From Desulfatiglandales bacterium (lineage in GTDB: Bacteria > Desulfobacterota > DSM-4660 > Desulfatiglandales > Desulfatiglandaceae), in NCBI GenBank assembly GCA_963662465.1, contig OY759599.1, positions 288,001 through 352,000 of the forward strand: a stretch of 64,000 nt of DNA. The letters run 5' to 3'. The translations under genes and the position numbers were made by a program. Positions 51,790 through 61,918 of the stretch are shown here, one piece after another. How positions within the stretch are numbered: the stretch's first letter is position 1; the number at the start of each line of letters is the position of its first letter. The notes under the pieces were generated by a model. It did no database searches and was not told where the DNA came from. It saw only the letters and a list, made by a program, of their open reading frames with translations.

Positions 51790-53795
51790 CGCATAAGTCT
51801 AAATGTTGTGGGGTTGTATAACCCATCAAAATTAAAAGGCGTTTTCGGTAAACAAGAATGCATTATGAACATTCATAACTTGAATCCAAGGTAAGTCAAA
51901 TGTTTGGCCGTTGGCTAATTCAAAGGGACTTTTATGAGCATTTTTTGCGCCAGGTAAAAATGGGACAAAATTCCTGATAGTCGCATGTGCTCGAAAAAAA
52001 AGACTTGCCCATTTCTTATCTCGAAAACTCTCAATTTGTTTTAGTTTACGTTTGATTCCTTTTAAATAATTGTCAACAATGGAGGTTGTTTGTTTTATCC
52101 CATTTCTATTTTTATGAGAGGTATAATGAGTGGCATTTTCTTTTAATTCTACTACCCTCTTTTTTAGTAATGGATGAGAAAATGCATCGTCATCTAATGC
52201 CTTAATCTTTACTTCCAAGTTAACTTTAGATGTGGATGTTTTCAAAACTTTCTTAAATTTTTTATAAAGCTTGTCCACTTCTTGGTCGGTACATTTTGAT
52301 TCTTTTTGATATTTTGATAGTGCATCGTAGAAGTTTTTCAAACAATGACGATGGCAATATCCGACCCAAATGTTATGGAATACGGTCTTGATAGCATTGG
52401 TTGAGGCTTTCCACTTATCTTTTGTTACACCAAGGATTTTGAAGTCGATTTTTTGCAAAAAATCCTCAAATGAACCGCACAGGTTTTCTTCATCAACATG
52501 ATCAACATAATCGGAGTGCCATACTAATAAATTTTCAGGATCGACCATAACTACAGAATAAGTTCTTAAATTTGGTTCTTTTTCAAAGCCCTCATCTTCC
52601 TGTAGATATCCTGAGCCTTTCACTCCTGCTCTTGTTAGTATTGTTGCAGGATGAAGTGTTCCTGCCCATCGATTCCAGTTCAAGATGGTCTGTTTGCTTT
52701 TGACACTTTTTTTGCCAATAATTTTAAGGCTTTCGATGGCTCCTTGAATGCTCGCATTAAAACGGTACATATTCCGAAATACGTGCCCAATAATCTCTAT
52801 ACCAAAATTCTTTTCCCTTGGGAGAAAGCTGGGAACAAGAGAGAACTTTTGTTTGCACTTCCGGCATTGTATCATGCGGATTGGGAATGTCTGTTGTTCT
52901 CCTCCATTCATTATTGTTTTTCGAGGATTCCCGCGGAAACCAGATAAAATATATTCTTTAGGTCCAGAACATGTTGAATTATGGCCTGTGTGGTGATCAT
53001 ATTTATCGAGTTTATCTAATACTTCAATGCGAAACTTCTTACTATCTTTTACGAGAGCATGATAGCTTTCGGTGTTATTATAAGGAAAGATATATGTTTG
53101 ATTTCCTCGTTTAGAAACAAGGTCTTCCATTTTCTTTTTTACATTTTCGATTATGGATTTATCAAAAGATTTTAACATCCCTATCTCAAATGCAATACTG
53201 ATTGTACTATCACGACTTTTTACATTATTCAATTTTTTAGTAATATTACTTATCATTGAACGAATTGAATAAAAGATTCTAATTTTCTGTCGATCCCGTT
53301 GTGTTTTTGGAATGCTTTTTTTCCCTTTTATTGGCTTACAAATATCCCATAATTGACTTATTAACCTACCAAGTTCATCAATAAGAGCAGACAATGTTAC
53401 ATAAAAATATTGCAATGATTGAAACATCTCCCTTTCATTGATCCATGATCTGATGGCATTAATGCATTTCTCAATTTCAAAGAAAATCTCAGGATACTGT
53501 TTTGGATCGTAATAACATTGTCTTGCAAGTCTGTTTTGAGCTTTGTCCAACATTGTCAAAGCTCTCTTAATATTATTAATCATGTGCAACCTCTCTAATT
53601 TAACATAGACTGTTGCACTATGATTATGCACACTTATCAAAAAAAGTCCCTAACTTTTTTCCGCTAAGGCGAATTCAGGAAAAAATGTTTGGCCTCACGA
53701 AATGCGCTTTGATTAGGATATTGATTCTGAACCGTTTAACAGATGAAATAATTTCAATATGTTAGAGTAAACCCCACAACATTTAGACTTATGCG
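51790..53795 (-). mobile_element. Insertion sequence, probably Mutator-like (IS256 superfamily)
   Basis: 26-bp perfect TIRs CGCATAAGTCTAAATGTTGTGGGGTT; 8-bp TSD GGGCATTG at 51782-51789 and 53796-53803; visibly AT-rich. Confidence 0.92.
51832..53640 (-). CDS. Transposase
   Basis: Only long ORF within the TIRs; CRKC..FSLVPSFL finger, QEDE, TKDKW, CHRH motif. Confidence 0.8.
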   Translation of the reverse strand: MISVHNHSATVYVKLERLHMINNIKRALTMLDKAQNRLARQCYYDPKQYPEIFFEIEKCINAIRSWINEREMFQSLQYFYVTLSALIDELGRLISQLWDICKPIKGKKSIPKTQRDRQKIRIFYSIRSMISNITKKLNNVKSRDSTISIAFEIGMLKSFDKSIIENVKKKMEDLVSKRGNQTYIFPYNNTESYHALVKDSKKFRIEVLDKLDKYDHHTGHNSTCSGPKEYILSGFRGNPRKTIMNGGEQQTFPIRMIQCRKCKQKFSLVPSFLPREKNFGIEIIGHVFRNMYRFNASIQGAIESLKIIGKKSVKSKQTILNWNRWAGTLHPATILTRAGVKGSGYLQEDEGFEKEPNLRTYSVVMVDPENLLVWHSDYVDHVDEENLCGSFEDFLQKIDFKILGVTKDKWKASTNAIKTVFHNIWVGYCHRHCLKNFYDALSKYQKESKCTDQEVDKLYKKFKKVLKTSTSKVNLEVKIKALDDDAFSHPLLKKRVVELKENATHYTSHKNRNGIKQTTSIVDNYLKGIKRKLKQIESFRDKKWASLFFRAHATIRNFVPFLPGAKNAHKSPFELANGQTFDLPWIQVMNVHNAFLFTENAF

Positions 53796-54271
53796 GGGCA
53801 TTGATTTCAGGTCCGCCGCACTGTTCGCGGTTGCTGCATACCATATGGCGTCGGCAAAGTGCATTTCTCTGTTCTGAAACAGATCCGGGCTCGGGTGCTT
53901 TTTTGATCTGAGGGTAGGACAAGCATTGATCATCGGTTTAACCCTGGTTCGGGAGAACTTGTCCACCACCTGGTCCGTTGGAAGAACATGCAAAATTGAT
54001 CCGCCGGTAATATCCAAAATATATCCCAGCATATTTAATTGAGCTTCACTTTTGCCCAGCTGGGTCGCAAACTTCAGAACCATTAAATGAATGTTGGGTG
54101 CCACAAAGCACTCCATCGGATACCGTAAGTACGGCGTCCGGTCTGTGTTCCAGGGGCCAGGTTCGGCCGATGTGGTCCTGGTAAGAACACGCCTTTGGTC
54201 CGCCCACATGGCCGGGTCTTTGATGTCGGATAGCTGCCAGCCGTCTTTGATCTCGCGTAACAGAGGACTTT

Positions 54272-54910
54272 TCATTTCAATTTTCCTTTCAATGTCGAAG
54301 CGTTTTGACCTTTTGACATATTCGTGAGAATCGCGCCGGTAAGCTCTGAGAGGACTGACTGCATATCCTGGGCAGATAATCCCACCAACTTGCCAGGAGC
54401 CGTCCTGGGGAGCAGGGCCAGGTGTTTCTTCACATAAGATTGCATCTCCCGGAAGGCCACCATCACATCCGCTTTCACGAGCAGGTCCCCACGTTTCAGT
54501 TTGAGTTCCAACTCGGCCAGTTTGGACTTGTGTTTTTTCAACTGTAATTTCCAAAACTCAATATCCGTTTCATCGCCAGGGCCTTTTTTCTTTTGCTTTT
54601 TCGAGTCGATCCAAGCCTGAATATCCGCGAGGCAGAATCCACCATCGGGCCTTGTGGGCATGCCGTCCCTGATCCAATTGGAAACCGTTCTCTCAGTCTT
54701 TTTGAAATGTTTCGCCACCACAAGTCGGCTGTAGGTGAGACCCTCCACCCGTCCGTTTTCGGCCTTTAGGCGCTTCTCCAGGGCGTTGAAAACTCCCATT
54801 TCCGCCGGGGAAATTTTCCCACTTTTTATCTTTTCAAGCAAGTTGTTGAACTGCTTTGTGACAGCGGCCTGGGCAATAGTGGAAATATCTTTGGCCTTAT
54901 CAGGTTTCAA
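54272..54910 (-). CDS. Terminase small subunit (Nu1-like)
   Basis: HTH VAKHFKKTERTVSNWIRDGMP, coiled coil, ATGA overlap with terL. Confidence 0.8.
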   Translation of the reverse strand: MKPDKAKDISTIAQAAVTKQFNNLLEKIKSGKISPAEMGVFNALEKRLKAENGRVEGLTYSRLVVAKHFKKTERTVSNWIRDGMPTRPDGGFCLADIQAWIDSKKQKKKGPGDETDIEFWKLQLKKHKSKLAELELKLKRGDLLVKADVMVAFREMQSYVKKHLALLPRTAPGKLVGLSAQDMQSVLSELTGAILTNMSKGQNASTLKGKLK

Positions 54911-54968
54911 AACTAGATCCTCAATTTTTCAGAAATCGGTTTTTCAAAATTCATTTGTGGTGAGGGAT

Positions 54969-55014
54969 TGCGCCTCTAAGCATCGTATATAAAAGAAAGG
55001 CCAGAAAGGACCCG
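54969..55014 (-). promoter_or_regulatory. Lambda-like cos site (cosQ-cosN)
   Basis: Minus strand CGGGTCCTTTCTGG-N13-TACG-ATGCTTAGAGG-CGCA just upstream of terS. Confidence 0.7.
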
Positions 55015-55328
55015 TTGATTTCTCACGGCATTCGCTCACTGTACGCCGCCACATCCATCAGGTTCAACGGTAAGCCAGCAACGCATATCCTGGCATGTTT
55101 CATTTAAACGTGTCATGTCATCCATCGTAGCGCCTGTCATAGCCTGATCCATTCCTATTGATTTAAAGCCGGATACCGATGGTTTCGTAAGCCATTGGCT
55201 ATAGGGTCCGGCAACTCCTTTGCTGGTCCGCGCATCGAAAAACGGTTTTCAAGTTGGAAGGGCCGATGTCGCGGTTGTCAGGAGTCCGGGGCCAGTCTCC
55301 CGGATATGCTGCCTCCCTCCCATGTTCG

Positions 55329-55505
55329 TTAAGCGGTCTTGATCTTGCCTTTCACATCAATCAAGAGCGCTCGGATTTCTTCCAGTACGCTGAGCTTTTC
55401 CAACTCCAGCAGCAAAGGGCGGTTGTGGGTAGCGCTCGGGTTCATTCCAAATTCATTGCTGAGATTCTCGAAAATCCTATCAATTTTGTTCTGTTCTTTT
55501 TCCAT
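55329..55505 (-). CDS. Small hypothetical protein (58 aa)
   Basis: TAATG overlap with upstream gene; MEKEQNKIDRIFENLS... Confidence 0.5.
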   Translation of the reverse strand: MEKEQNKIDRIFENLSNEFGMNPSATHNRPLLLELEKLSVLEEIRALLIDVKGKIKTA

Positions 55506-56110
55506 TATTCGAGTCCTTTCTGAGCTGTTTCTACGAGGTTTTCAAAGCTGGGTAGCTTGCCATTTCTGATTTTCCAAAGGTCGTTTTGCACCCGGTTCAG
55601 TTTGGCTAAAATGGTGTCGGTCAGATCTTTTCCCGCCTGCATAGCCCGCAAGGACTTGGTCATTCGAATTCGCATGTCGTCATCAAAACCGAAGTTATGT
55701 AACCGCTTCAGGTACAGCCAATCATCAACACCAAAATCCTGTCCGGTTATTTCAAGCCGCAATGCCAAAAATCCAAGAAACGTCGGCATTAAGTGTCCGT
55801 CAACTTCCCCGGTTCGCTGTGCTATCAGGTCTACGCGCCGTTCATCCAGCTCCGCACGGTGGGTCCGGATCTCATCCGCGAGGGTGCGTTCACCTTCATC
55901 CGTGTTTGACCGGATCAGTTTGTTAACATTCTCCAGCTGAAATCGGACATCATCCATGGCTTGTCTCGCAGATCGTACTTTCTCGCTGGGGCTGTCCATG
56001 GCCTTTTGTTCGAGGTCGGCAACCTTCGCCTCCAGATCCGCCTTTGCGGCCAGAAGATCAGCTACCTTTTTGGCCAGGGCCACAGCCGTTTGTTCTGTTG
56101 TTTCAGTCAT
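55505..56110 (-). CDS. Coiled-coil hypothetical protein
   Basis: 201 aa, AAGGAG RBS. Confidence 0.7.
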   Translation of the reverse strand: MTETTEQTAVALAKKVADLLAAKADLEAKVADLEQKAMDSPSEKVRSARQAMDDVRFQLENVNKLIRSNTDEGERTLADEIRTHRAELDERRVDLIAQRTGEVDGHLMPTFLGFLALRLEITGQDFGVDDWLYLKRLHNFGFDDDMRIRMTKSLRAMQAGKDLTDTILAKLNRVQNDLWKIRNGKLPSFENLVETAQKGLE

Positions 56111-56124
56111 AATGTGCGTCTCCT

Positions 56125-57129
56125 TTACGCTCGGCCGGGTTGACCGAAAATGAAAAGTTTATGTAACGCCGGATAGTCCCGTACAGCTTGTTTCATAGCT
56201 GATTCAGTCGTGCATCCTTCCCGGTCCTTAATGGACTGCCAAGCCTCGGTAAAGGTCTTGGGTCCCGATACCGCCGCCGGGGTCCGCTGGGTGGCGGTGG
56301 GTGCCGTTGCTTTCGGTGGGATCTGTTTCCCAAACTTTGCGAAACGATCCGCCAGGTAGCGGGCCTTTGCGATTGCTTGGTCCAGGTCCCCGATCTGATC
56401 CGCCAGACCAGAGTCAATGGCCTGGGTGCCGATATAGATCCGCCCCTCGGTGTCCAGAATGCTTTGAACGGGCAGACCACGGTTTTGCGCCACACTGTCC
56501 ACAAACAGGCTGTAAACGTAGTCAACCCCTGCTTGTATGTAGGCTTTTCCGTCTTCAGAAAGCGGCTCAGAATCGTTTCCAATGGTTTTGTATTTGCCCG
56601 CGTAAATGAAGGACCGCTTCACACCGGCTTTTTCATTAGCCACCGAGTAATCATAATGGGCCTGGACAACGCCGATGGAACCAACTTCCCCGGTTTGGGG
56701 CGTGATAATCCAGTCCGCAGAAGATCCTATCCAGTAAGCCGCACTTGCCGCCATTCCGTTTACAAATGTGACCACGGGCTTTTTCTCCGAAGCTGCACGA
56801 ACAATTTCCGCCAGATCGTTGGTGCCGTCCACGGTTCCGCCTGGGGAGTCCACGTTCAAGAGGATGCTTTTAACTTTTGGATCCTTTTTTGCCTGGTTCA
56901 CCTGTTCGCCGATGGTCTGCATGGCGGTCGATCCGAAAAGCATTTGCAACCAGCCGGGCCTCTTGGCCAGCACGCCACGAATGTTGATCACGGCCACGCC
57001 GCCGTCGATGCTGTATTCCGCCGGGTTTTCAACCGTTGTGGGGGCCTTCAGCGATGCCGATTGAATTTGCGCAATGATTCCCGTTAGCCGTTCGGGGATG
57101 AGCGCCCATTTCTCAGTTTGCGTTAGCAT
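56125..57129 (-). CDS. S49-family (lambda gpC-like) head-maturation protease with scaffold-like tail
   Basis: VDSPGG, AASAAYW, GSIGV, AGKYK; Pro/Ala linker then helical tail. Confidence 0.88.
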   Translation of the reverse strand: MLTQTEKWALIPERLTGIIAQIQSASLKAPTTVENPAEYSIDGGVAVINIRGVLAKRPGWLQMLFGSTAMQTIGEQVNQAKKDPKVKSILLNVDSPGGTVDGTNDLAEIVRAASEKKPVVTFVNGMAASAAYWIGSSADWIITPQTGEVGSIGVVQAHYDYSVANEKAGVKRSFIYAGKYKTIGNDSEPLSEDGKAYIQAGVDYVYSLFVDSVAQNRGLPVQSILDTEGRIYIGTQAIDSGLADQIGDLDQAIAKARYLADRFAKFGKQIPPKATAPTATQRTPAAVSGPKTFTEAWQSIKDREGCTTESAMKQAVRDYPALHKLFIFGQPGRA

Positions 57130-57588
57130 TTATCTGCCTCCGTTCATGAAGTCTCTGTAAAGATCAGGATGTCTTTTAATGGCCTCGCCCATGGCTCGAT
57201 CCGTCGGTACTCCCGTTTCGGCCTTGATGGCGTCACACGCCTCTAGAAACCGATGCCTCTGCTTCGGGCCAGAGGCCTTCGCCTGGTTCACCTTGCCGAT
57301 GTAATCCGCATGAAGAGCGGGTTTGTCCCGGGCCACTCGTTTCATGGCATCCGTGGTGCTGAGACCTTCCTCTTTCAGTTTTTCAACCTCAGCCAGAAAA
57401 CCGTTTCCCGATGCCGGGGCCTGGGCCTTCCGGGTGGTTTGCCGGGTAACAGCCGGGGACGATGCCGAAGCCTGATTGTCCGCTGCCCGAAGCTCCGCCA
57501 GAATTTTCCGGTGGTCCGCCTGGGTCGCTTCGCTTCCGTCGGGGTTGATTCCAAACTTTTTGAAATTTTGTGTTGCTCGTGATTCCAT
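57130..57588 (-). CDS. Hypothetical protein with two scaffold-like repeats
   Basis: Two copies of F...(V/C)..(L/I)K...G..T..AM......P.L...(Y/F). Confidence 0.7.
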   Translation of the reverse strand: MESRATQNFKKFGINPDGSEATQADHRKILAELRAADNQASASSPAVTRQTTRKAQAPASGNGFLAEVEKLKEEGLSTTDAMKRVARDKPALHADYIGKVNQAKASGPKQRHRFLEACDAIKAETGVPTDRAMGEAIKRHPDLYRDFMNGGR

Positions 57589-58349
57589 TTTTCAGTCTCC
57601 TTTTGTAAAAATGCACCCCATTATGGGACGCTGGTTTATTTTGCGCCTAATTCTTGATAGGTTCGCATTCTACTTTTTGCCGCTGCCTCAAATACGCCGA
57701 TTTTTGAGTCCACAAAATCCACTATTGTCGCATGGCTTTGTCCAGGTGAAGGACGCAATCCACGCCCAACGGCCTGAATTAAACGTCCCTTGAATTTCAT
57801 AGGACTTGCCAAAATAACAGATCCCAAAGCCGGTAAATCAAAACCCTCCCCAACCAATTGCGATGTGGCAACCAACGCTTCGCCTTTTCCGGCATTCAGT
57901 TTTTCAACCACTGATTCCCTGGCTTTTTTGCTCAAATCGCCGGTGAGTACCAACGGATTTATATCGAAATCCCGTTCCAGGGCGTCCGCAAGCGCCATGC
58001 ACTGCATCCTCCTGTCGCTTAGGACCAAAGGTATGCCTTCCCCTGTTTTCGCCTGTTGGGCGGCTTCTTGACACACAAGGGCGTTTCTTCCCGTGTCCAT
58101 GGTAAGTTCGGATAACATTTTAGAATATTCGTTCGATGGGTCCCGGTCGGTCGTGAATTGGGTTGAAATCCATTTAACCCGGAAGGCCAAAATGGCGCCG
58201 GATTCTGTCAATACTTTCTGATCAATGCGGTGGGCGGTATCGCCAATATACCATCCGATAAGCCGGGTGAGTTTATCGCGCCGGTACGGGGTGGCTGATA
58301 GTCCCAACATATATTTTGAATCAAACGCGATTATGGCTTCCGAAAAGGT

Positions 58350-60957
58350 CAGAGTTCCTGGTAAATGACCTTTACGCAACTTAACTGTTTGAAATCGTTA
58401 TACTGGAGCTTCTCATAATTTCGTGTGCATTTCAGATTTTAGTGCAGCGTAACTAGCTGAAAATATTAGGTGGGGCAAAATATTTTTTTTATTGACAAAT
58501 GAAAACTGAAAAATTATCTTCAGACCATGATTGTCAAAACAGAAAAAATTAGCGACCTATCCATATGGACCGAGCGGGATTGGAAGGAAAAAATCACTGT
58601 TACGGTTTATCATGAGTATCGTCCTGTCGTCAGTTTCGATCCTGGGAAGATAAATGATAGGAGACTCGCTGCCGTACAACTTGTCGAGCTTGGTTATTGT
58701 AAAAACCGGGTTGCCGGTAAAATCTGTGGGTTTCACCGCAATACGGTTGGCAAACTGCTTCGCACCAAAAGACTTTTAGGTGTTGAGGCCATATTTGAGG
58801 ACAACCGTGGTCCCAAGGCTCCCTGGAAATATATTGGCAGCATTCGCAAAACCATCAAAAAACTTATCCGCGAGAATCCTGACTGGACTGACCAGCAGAT
58901 TGCAAATGCCGCGGAAAAGCAAACTGAAACGACTATTTCGAGAAGTGCTGTAGCTCGTATCAGAACCGCGGACCAAGATGCAGAAACTGAAAAGCCTACA
59001 AAGCATGACTTGGAGCAACTGGCTAAAATTGCGGATAGTATTGATTTGAAGCAACACGACGAGCGACAGCTTTCTTTCAACTTTGAGGCTGATTCTGAGT
59101 TCAAAAAGAAGGTAGATGAATTTGCTGATGAGGATACACCCAAGCCACAAACCGATACAGATAAAGTATTCCTGGATTATCTTCAACAGGGACAACGCAA
59201 TGTCTTTGCCGGCATGCTTCTTCACCATCTGTTTTTAGATCATATCAACTTCCCAAATGCCTTTGATTTGCCTTCTTATTCCAATAATATGTATGATAAT
59301 TATGAAGTGATGGAAACTGTCCTTTTCGGGTTGAACATCGGGTTGCCATCTATCGAATCCCATAAGCTGGTCAACAGTAGGGACATGGGGCTTTTGCTGG
59401 GACGAACCAGTTCCCCCGATGAGACCACTATTCGGTTGCGTTTAAAACAGATGGCCGAGTTCAAGCCCTCAGAGAGCCTGATAGATTATTTCGCAAACCT
59501 GTTTCTATCGTTGGGGTTCATCAACCCAGAGGTGTTTTTTATCGATGGGCACTTCCTTCCCTATTATGGACTGAAAGTTCTATCCAAAGGCTACCATACC
59601 GTGAGACGAATTGTCATGAAAGGAAACGAGATTTATGTTGTCAGCGACCTTGACGGGAAGCCTTTCTTTTCAATTACCGAAGGGTGTGATATCGATTTCA
59701 GGCCGATCATCATAAGAGCGGCCGACAAGATAATCAGCCTGGGTGTCGACCGCCCCATTGTGGTTTTTGATCGCGGTGGTTATGGTGTTCACTTTTTCAG
59801 TCAATTATCGAAAAGGGCTGACTTTATTACGTGGGCCAGGTATGTGAAAAAAGATGAATTGAAAGACTTGGAATATACGAGCTGCTTGATGTTTAATGGG
59901 AAAAGATATCTCATTGCCGAGAAAACAAAACTGATTCGTGAATCGATTTCTACAGCTGCCAAAGAAGGCCGAACAGAGGCAACTTCGACAGAAGTACGTA
60001 TGGTTGTTTTCAAGGAATTGGACAAGGATAGACCTGTGGCAATATATACCAGCAATCATCAAAAGCCTGCTCCTGATATTGCCGCATATATGCTTTCACG
60101 ATGGGGAGAGTCTGAAAACTTTTTCAAAGAGATGATGTCCCTGTACAACTTCAATTATCATCCCGGTTATGATCTTAAAGAACTTGAAGAACAGCCTCTT
60201 GTAGATAATCCTGAGGTAAAAACAATCAAAAAAACGATCAAGGGAATTAAACAAAAGATGGGGCAATTGGCGCTTGCAAAACAACAAACAGAGTCCAAAA
60301 TAGAAGCACGAAAAGATCTTCGTCTTAAAAAAAAGCTAAACACGCTCCAGGAAGAGATAGAGAAATACGACAAAGAGCTTGACGGTTTTCAGGCAGCCTT
60401 AAAAGAAATGCCTGACAAAGTATCGATAATTGAAGTGCTGAAAGGCAGACCAATGAACAAGGCAGATCTGGAGAAAAAGAAGCTCTACGACCTGATACAA
60501 ATGATTGCCTTTCACTCACGCGAGCATCTGGTTGGCCTGTTCCGTTCATGTTATGATGATCCGCGGGATGTGAAACAGATCCTGACAAAGGTCACAAAAC
60601 TCCCTGGTTATGTGAAATTAGTCGGGAAAACACTTGTTGTGCTTTTAGATTGGATAGAGGACAAAAAGCATCGGAAGGCAGCAACAAGATTTTGCCATCT
60701 GATAAACACTATGTCGCCCAAATTGAGAGGTCGCATGGAGTTCGACCTTTATTTTCGCATCTCCTCAATCCCTCAAGTGGGTTATTGCTGTTAAAGCCTT
60801 GCTCATCGTTTCAGCCATCCTACGCAGGGTATCGTGTTTCGACCACATGTAGGGGCGAAAAATCTTTCGCCCTAATGGCCGAAACAATGATCAAGGCCGC
60901 TGTTGAACTAAATGCACAATTTGAATTGAGAAAAAACGTCATTTACTATGATGTCTG
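58350..60957 (+). mobile_element. Insertion sequence (IS1634/IS4-superfamily-like DDE)
   Basis: Imperfect 20-bp TIRs CAGAGTTCCTGGTAAATGAC / CAGACATCATAGTAAATGAC; 6-bp TSD AAAGGT at 58344-58349 and 60958-60963. Confidence 0.9.
58527..60794 (+). CDS. Large DDE transposase
   Basis: FIDGH, VFDRGG, RWGESENFFK; N-terminal HTH regions. Confidence 0.85.
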   Translation: MIVKTEKISDLSIWTERDWKEKITVTVYHEYRPVVSFDPGKINDRRLAAVQLVELGYCKNRVAGKICGFHRNTVGKLLRTKRLLGVEAIFEDNRGPKAPWKYIGSIRKTIKKLIRENPDWTDQQIANAAEKQTETTISRSAVARIRTADQDAETEKPTKHDLEQLAKIADSIDLKQHDERQLSFNFEADSEFKKKVDEFADEDTPKPQTDTDKVFLDYLQQGQRNVFAGMLLHHLFLDHINFPNAFDLPSYSNNMYDNYEVMETVLFGLNIGLPSIESHKLVNSRDMGLLLGRTSSPDETTIRLRLKQMAEFKPSESLIDYFANLFLSLGFINPEVFFIDGHFLPYYGLKVLSKGYHTVRRIVMKGNEIYVVSDLDGKPFFSITEGCDIDFRPIIIRAADKIISLGVDRPIVVFDRGGYGVHFFSQLSKRADFITWARYVKKDELKDLEYTSCLMFNGKRYLIAEKTKLIRESISTAAKEGRTEATSTEVRMVVFKELDKDRPVAIYTSNHQKPAPDIAAYMLSRWGESENFFKEMMSLYNFNYHPGYDLKELEEQPLVDNPEVKTIKKTIKGIKQKMGQLALAKQQTESKIEARKDLRLKKKLNTLQEEIEKYDKELDGFQAALKEMPDKVSIIEVLKGRPMNKADLEKKKLYDLIQMIAFHSREHLVGLFRSCYDDPRDVKQILTKVTKLPGYVKLVGKTLVVLLDWIEDKKHRKAATRFCHLINTMSPKLRGRMEFDLYFRISSIPQVGYCC

Positions 60958-61673
60958 AAAGGTACGGCTCGGGCAGTGGTGGGCCTCATCGACGACGACG
61001 AAACCGAAGTATCTCTTTATCGAGTCCGCGATTTTATAAATGCTCTGTACGGTCGCAACCGTGATATCTCGAATTTCACATTTGCCGCCGCCAATGACTC
61101 CTATTTCTTTTTTGGGAATTCCAAGGAATTGCGTGATCCGTTCACGCCATTGCTCCAGGAGAGTTTTTGTGTGTACGATTACCAACGTTGGTTGTTGCCG
61201 CTCCGCAATCACGAAAAGGGCCATGGCTGTTTTTCCGCTGCCTGTGGGAGACTGCAATGTACCGAAGCGCCGGGAACGAACGGCTTTGACAGACGCCTCC
61301 TGATATGGTCGCAACTCGCCATGAAACCGAAAAGGGATCTCTGGTAATTCCCTGGTACGATCTTCCCATTCAAAAGCAACGTTGTGTTGGCGGGCGATGG
61401 TCGCCAGCTGTCGCACAAAGCCACGGGGTACGATCAGCCGTCCGGGTCCTGGTTCCCAAAAGTGATGTAAATACTCTGGCGTCTCTCCTTGCCAGCGATT
61501 CATTTTCTGATTGTCGATCCACTTCGGGTTTTTGATGGTAAGCCGGTTGATGATTTCACGGCGTACCTGTTCGGGTGCCTCGAAAATTTCAGCTCGGTTG
61601 TTGACGATGATTTTCATTTTTGTTTGTCCTCAAATGTGCATCCCAATAACCCAAAGGCGGAAAGGGTTTTTTA

Positions 61674-61915
61674 AAATCCGGGCTATTACGGATTTAAAAA
61701 CCTCCCCCTTTAGGGGCGAAAAAATCCGTATTAAAAATTACCCTGTTTTCTTAATAATTTCAAACACTTATGTATTACGGATTTGTCATAAATCCGTAAT
61801 AGAAAAAATCCGTATTAAAAATTGATCTGGATATGTAATGTTTTCAATGGTTTACCTTTACTTTTAATTACGGATTTTTACTGTGTCCAAGTGTGTCCAG
61901 GTTAATTACGGATTT
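61674..61915. repeat. Iteron cluster, putative replication origin
   Basis: Seven copies of AAATCCGTA(A/T)T in both orientations in AT-rich DNA directly downstream of the primase gene. Confidence 0.8.
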
Positions 61916-61918
61916 TTT

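Larger units (their letters stand above)
50378..54275 (-). pseudogene. Lambda GpA-type terminase large subunit interrupted by IS
   Basis: PGPW..RTPY, TQLGKSE, FCDEV, VSSPT, VPCPHC, CGIDVQ, FIDTGG, NHWLDC; rejoins as ADLKSMPIENVFCDE on IS removal. Confidence 0.92.
57636..61617 (-). pseudogene. SF2 DEAD/DEAH helicase interrupted by IS
   Basis: LRPYQ, PTGSGKT, DEAHH | LSATP, EGFDLP, QAVGRGLR; rejoins as CPSRTFSEA. Confidence 0.92.

Noticed and set aside
53754..54554. 266-aa ORF as a standalone gene
   Set aside because: It is the terL N-terminus (true start 54275) extended upstream through terS and reading into the IS.
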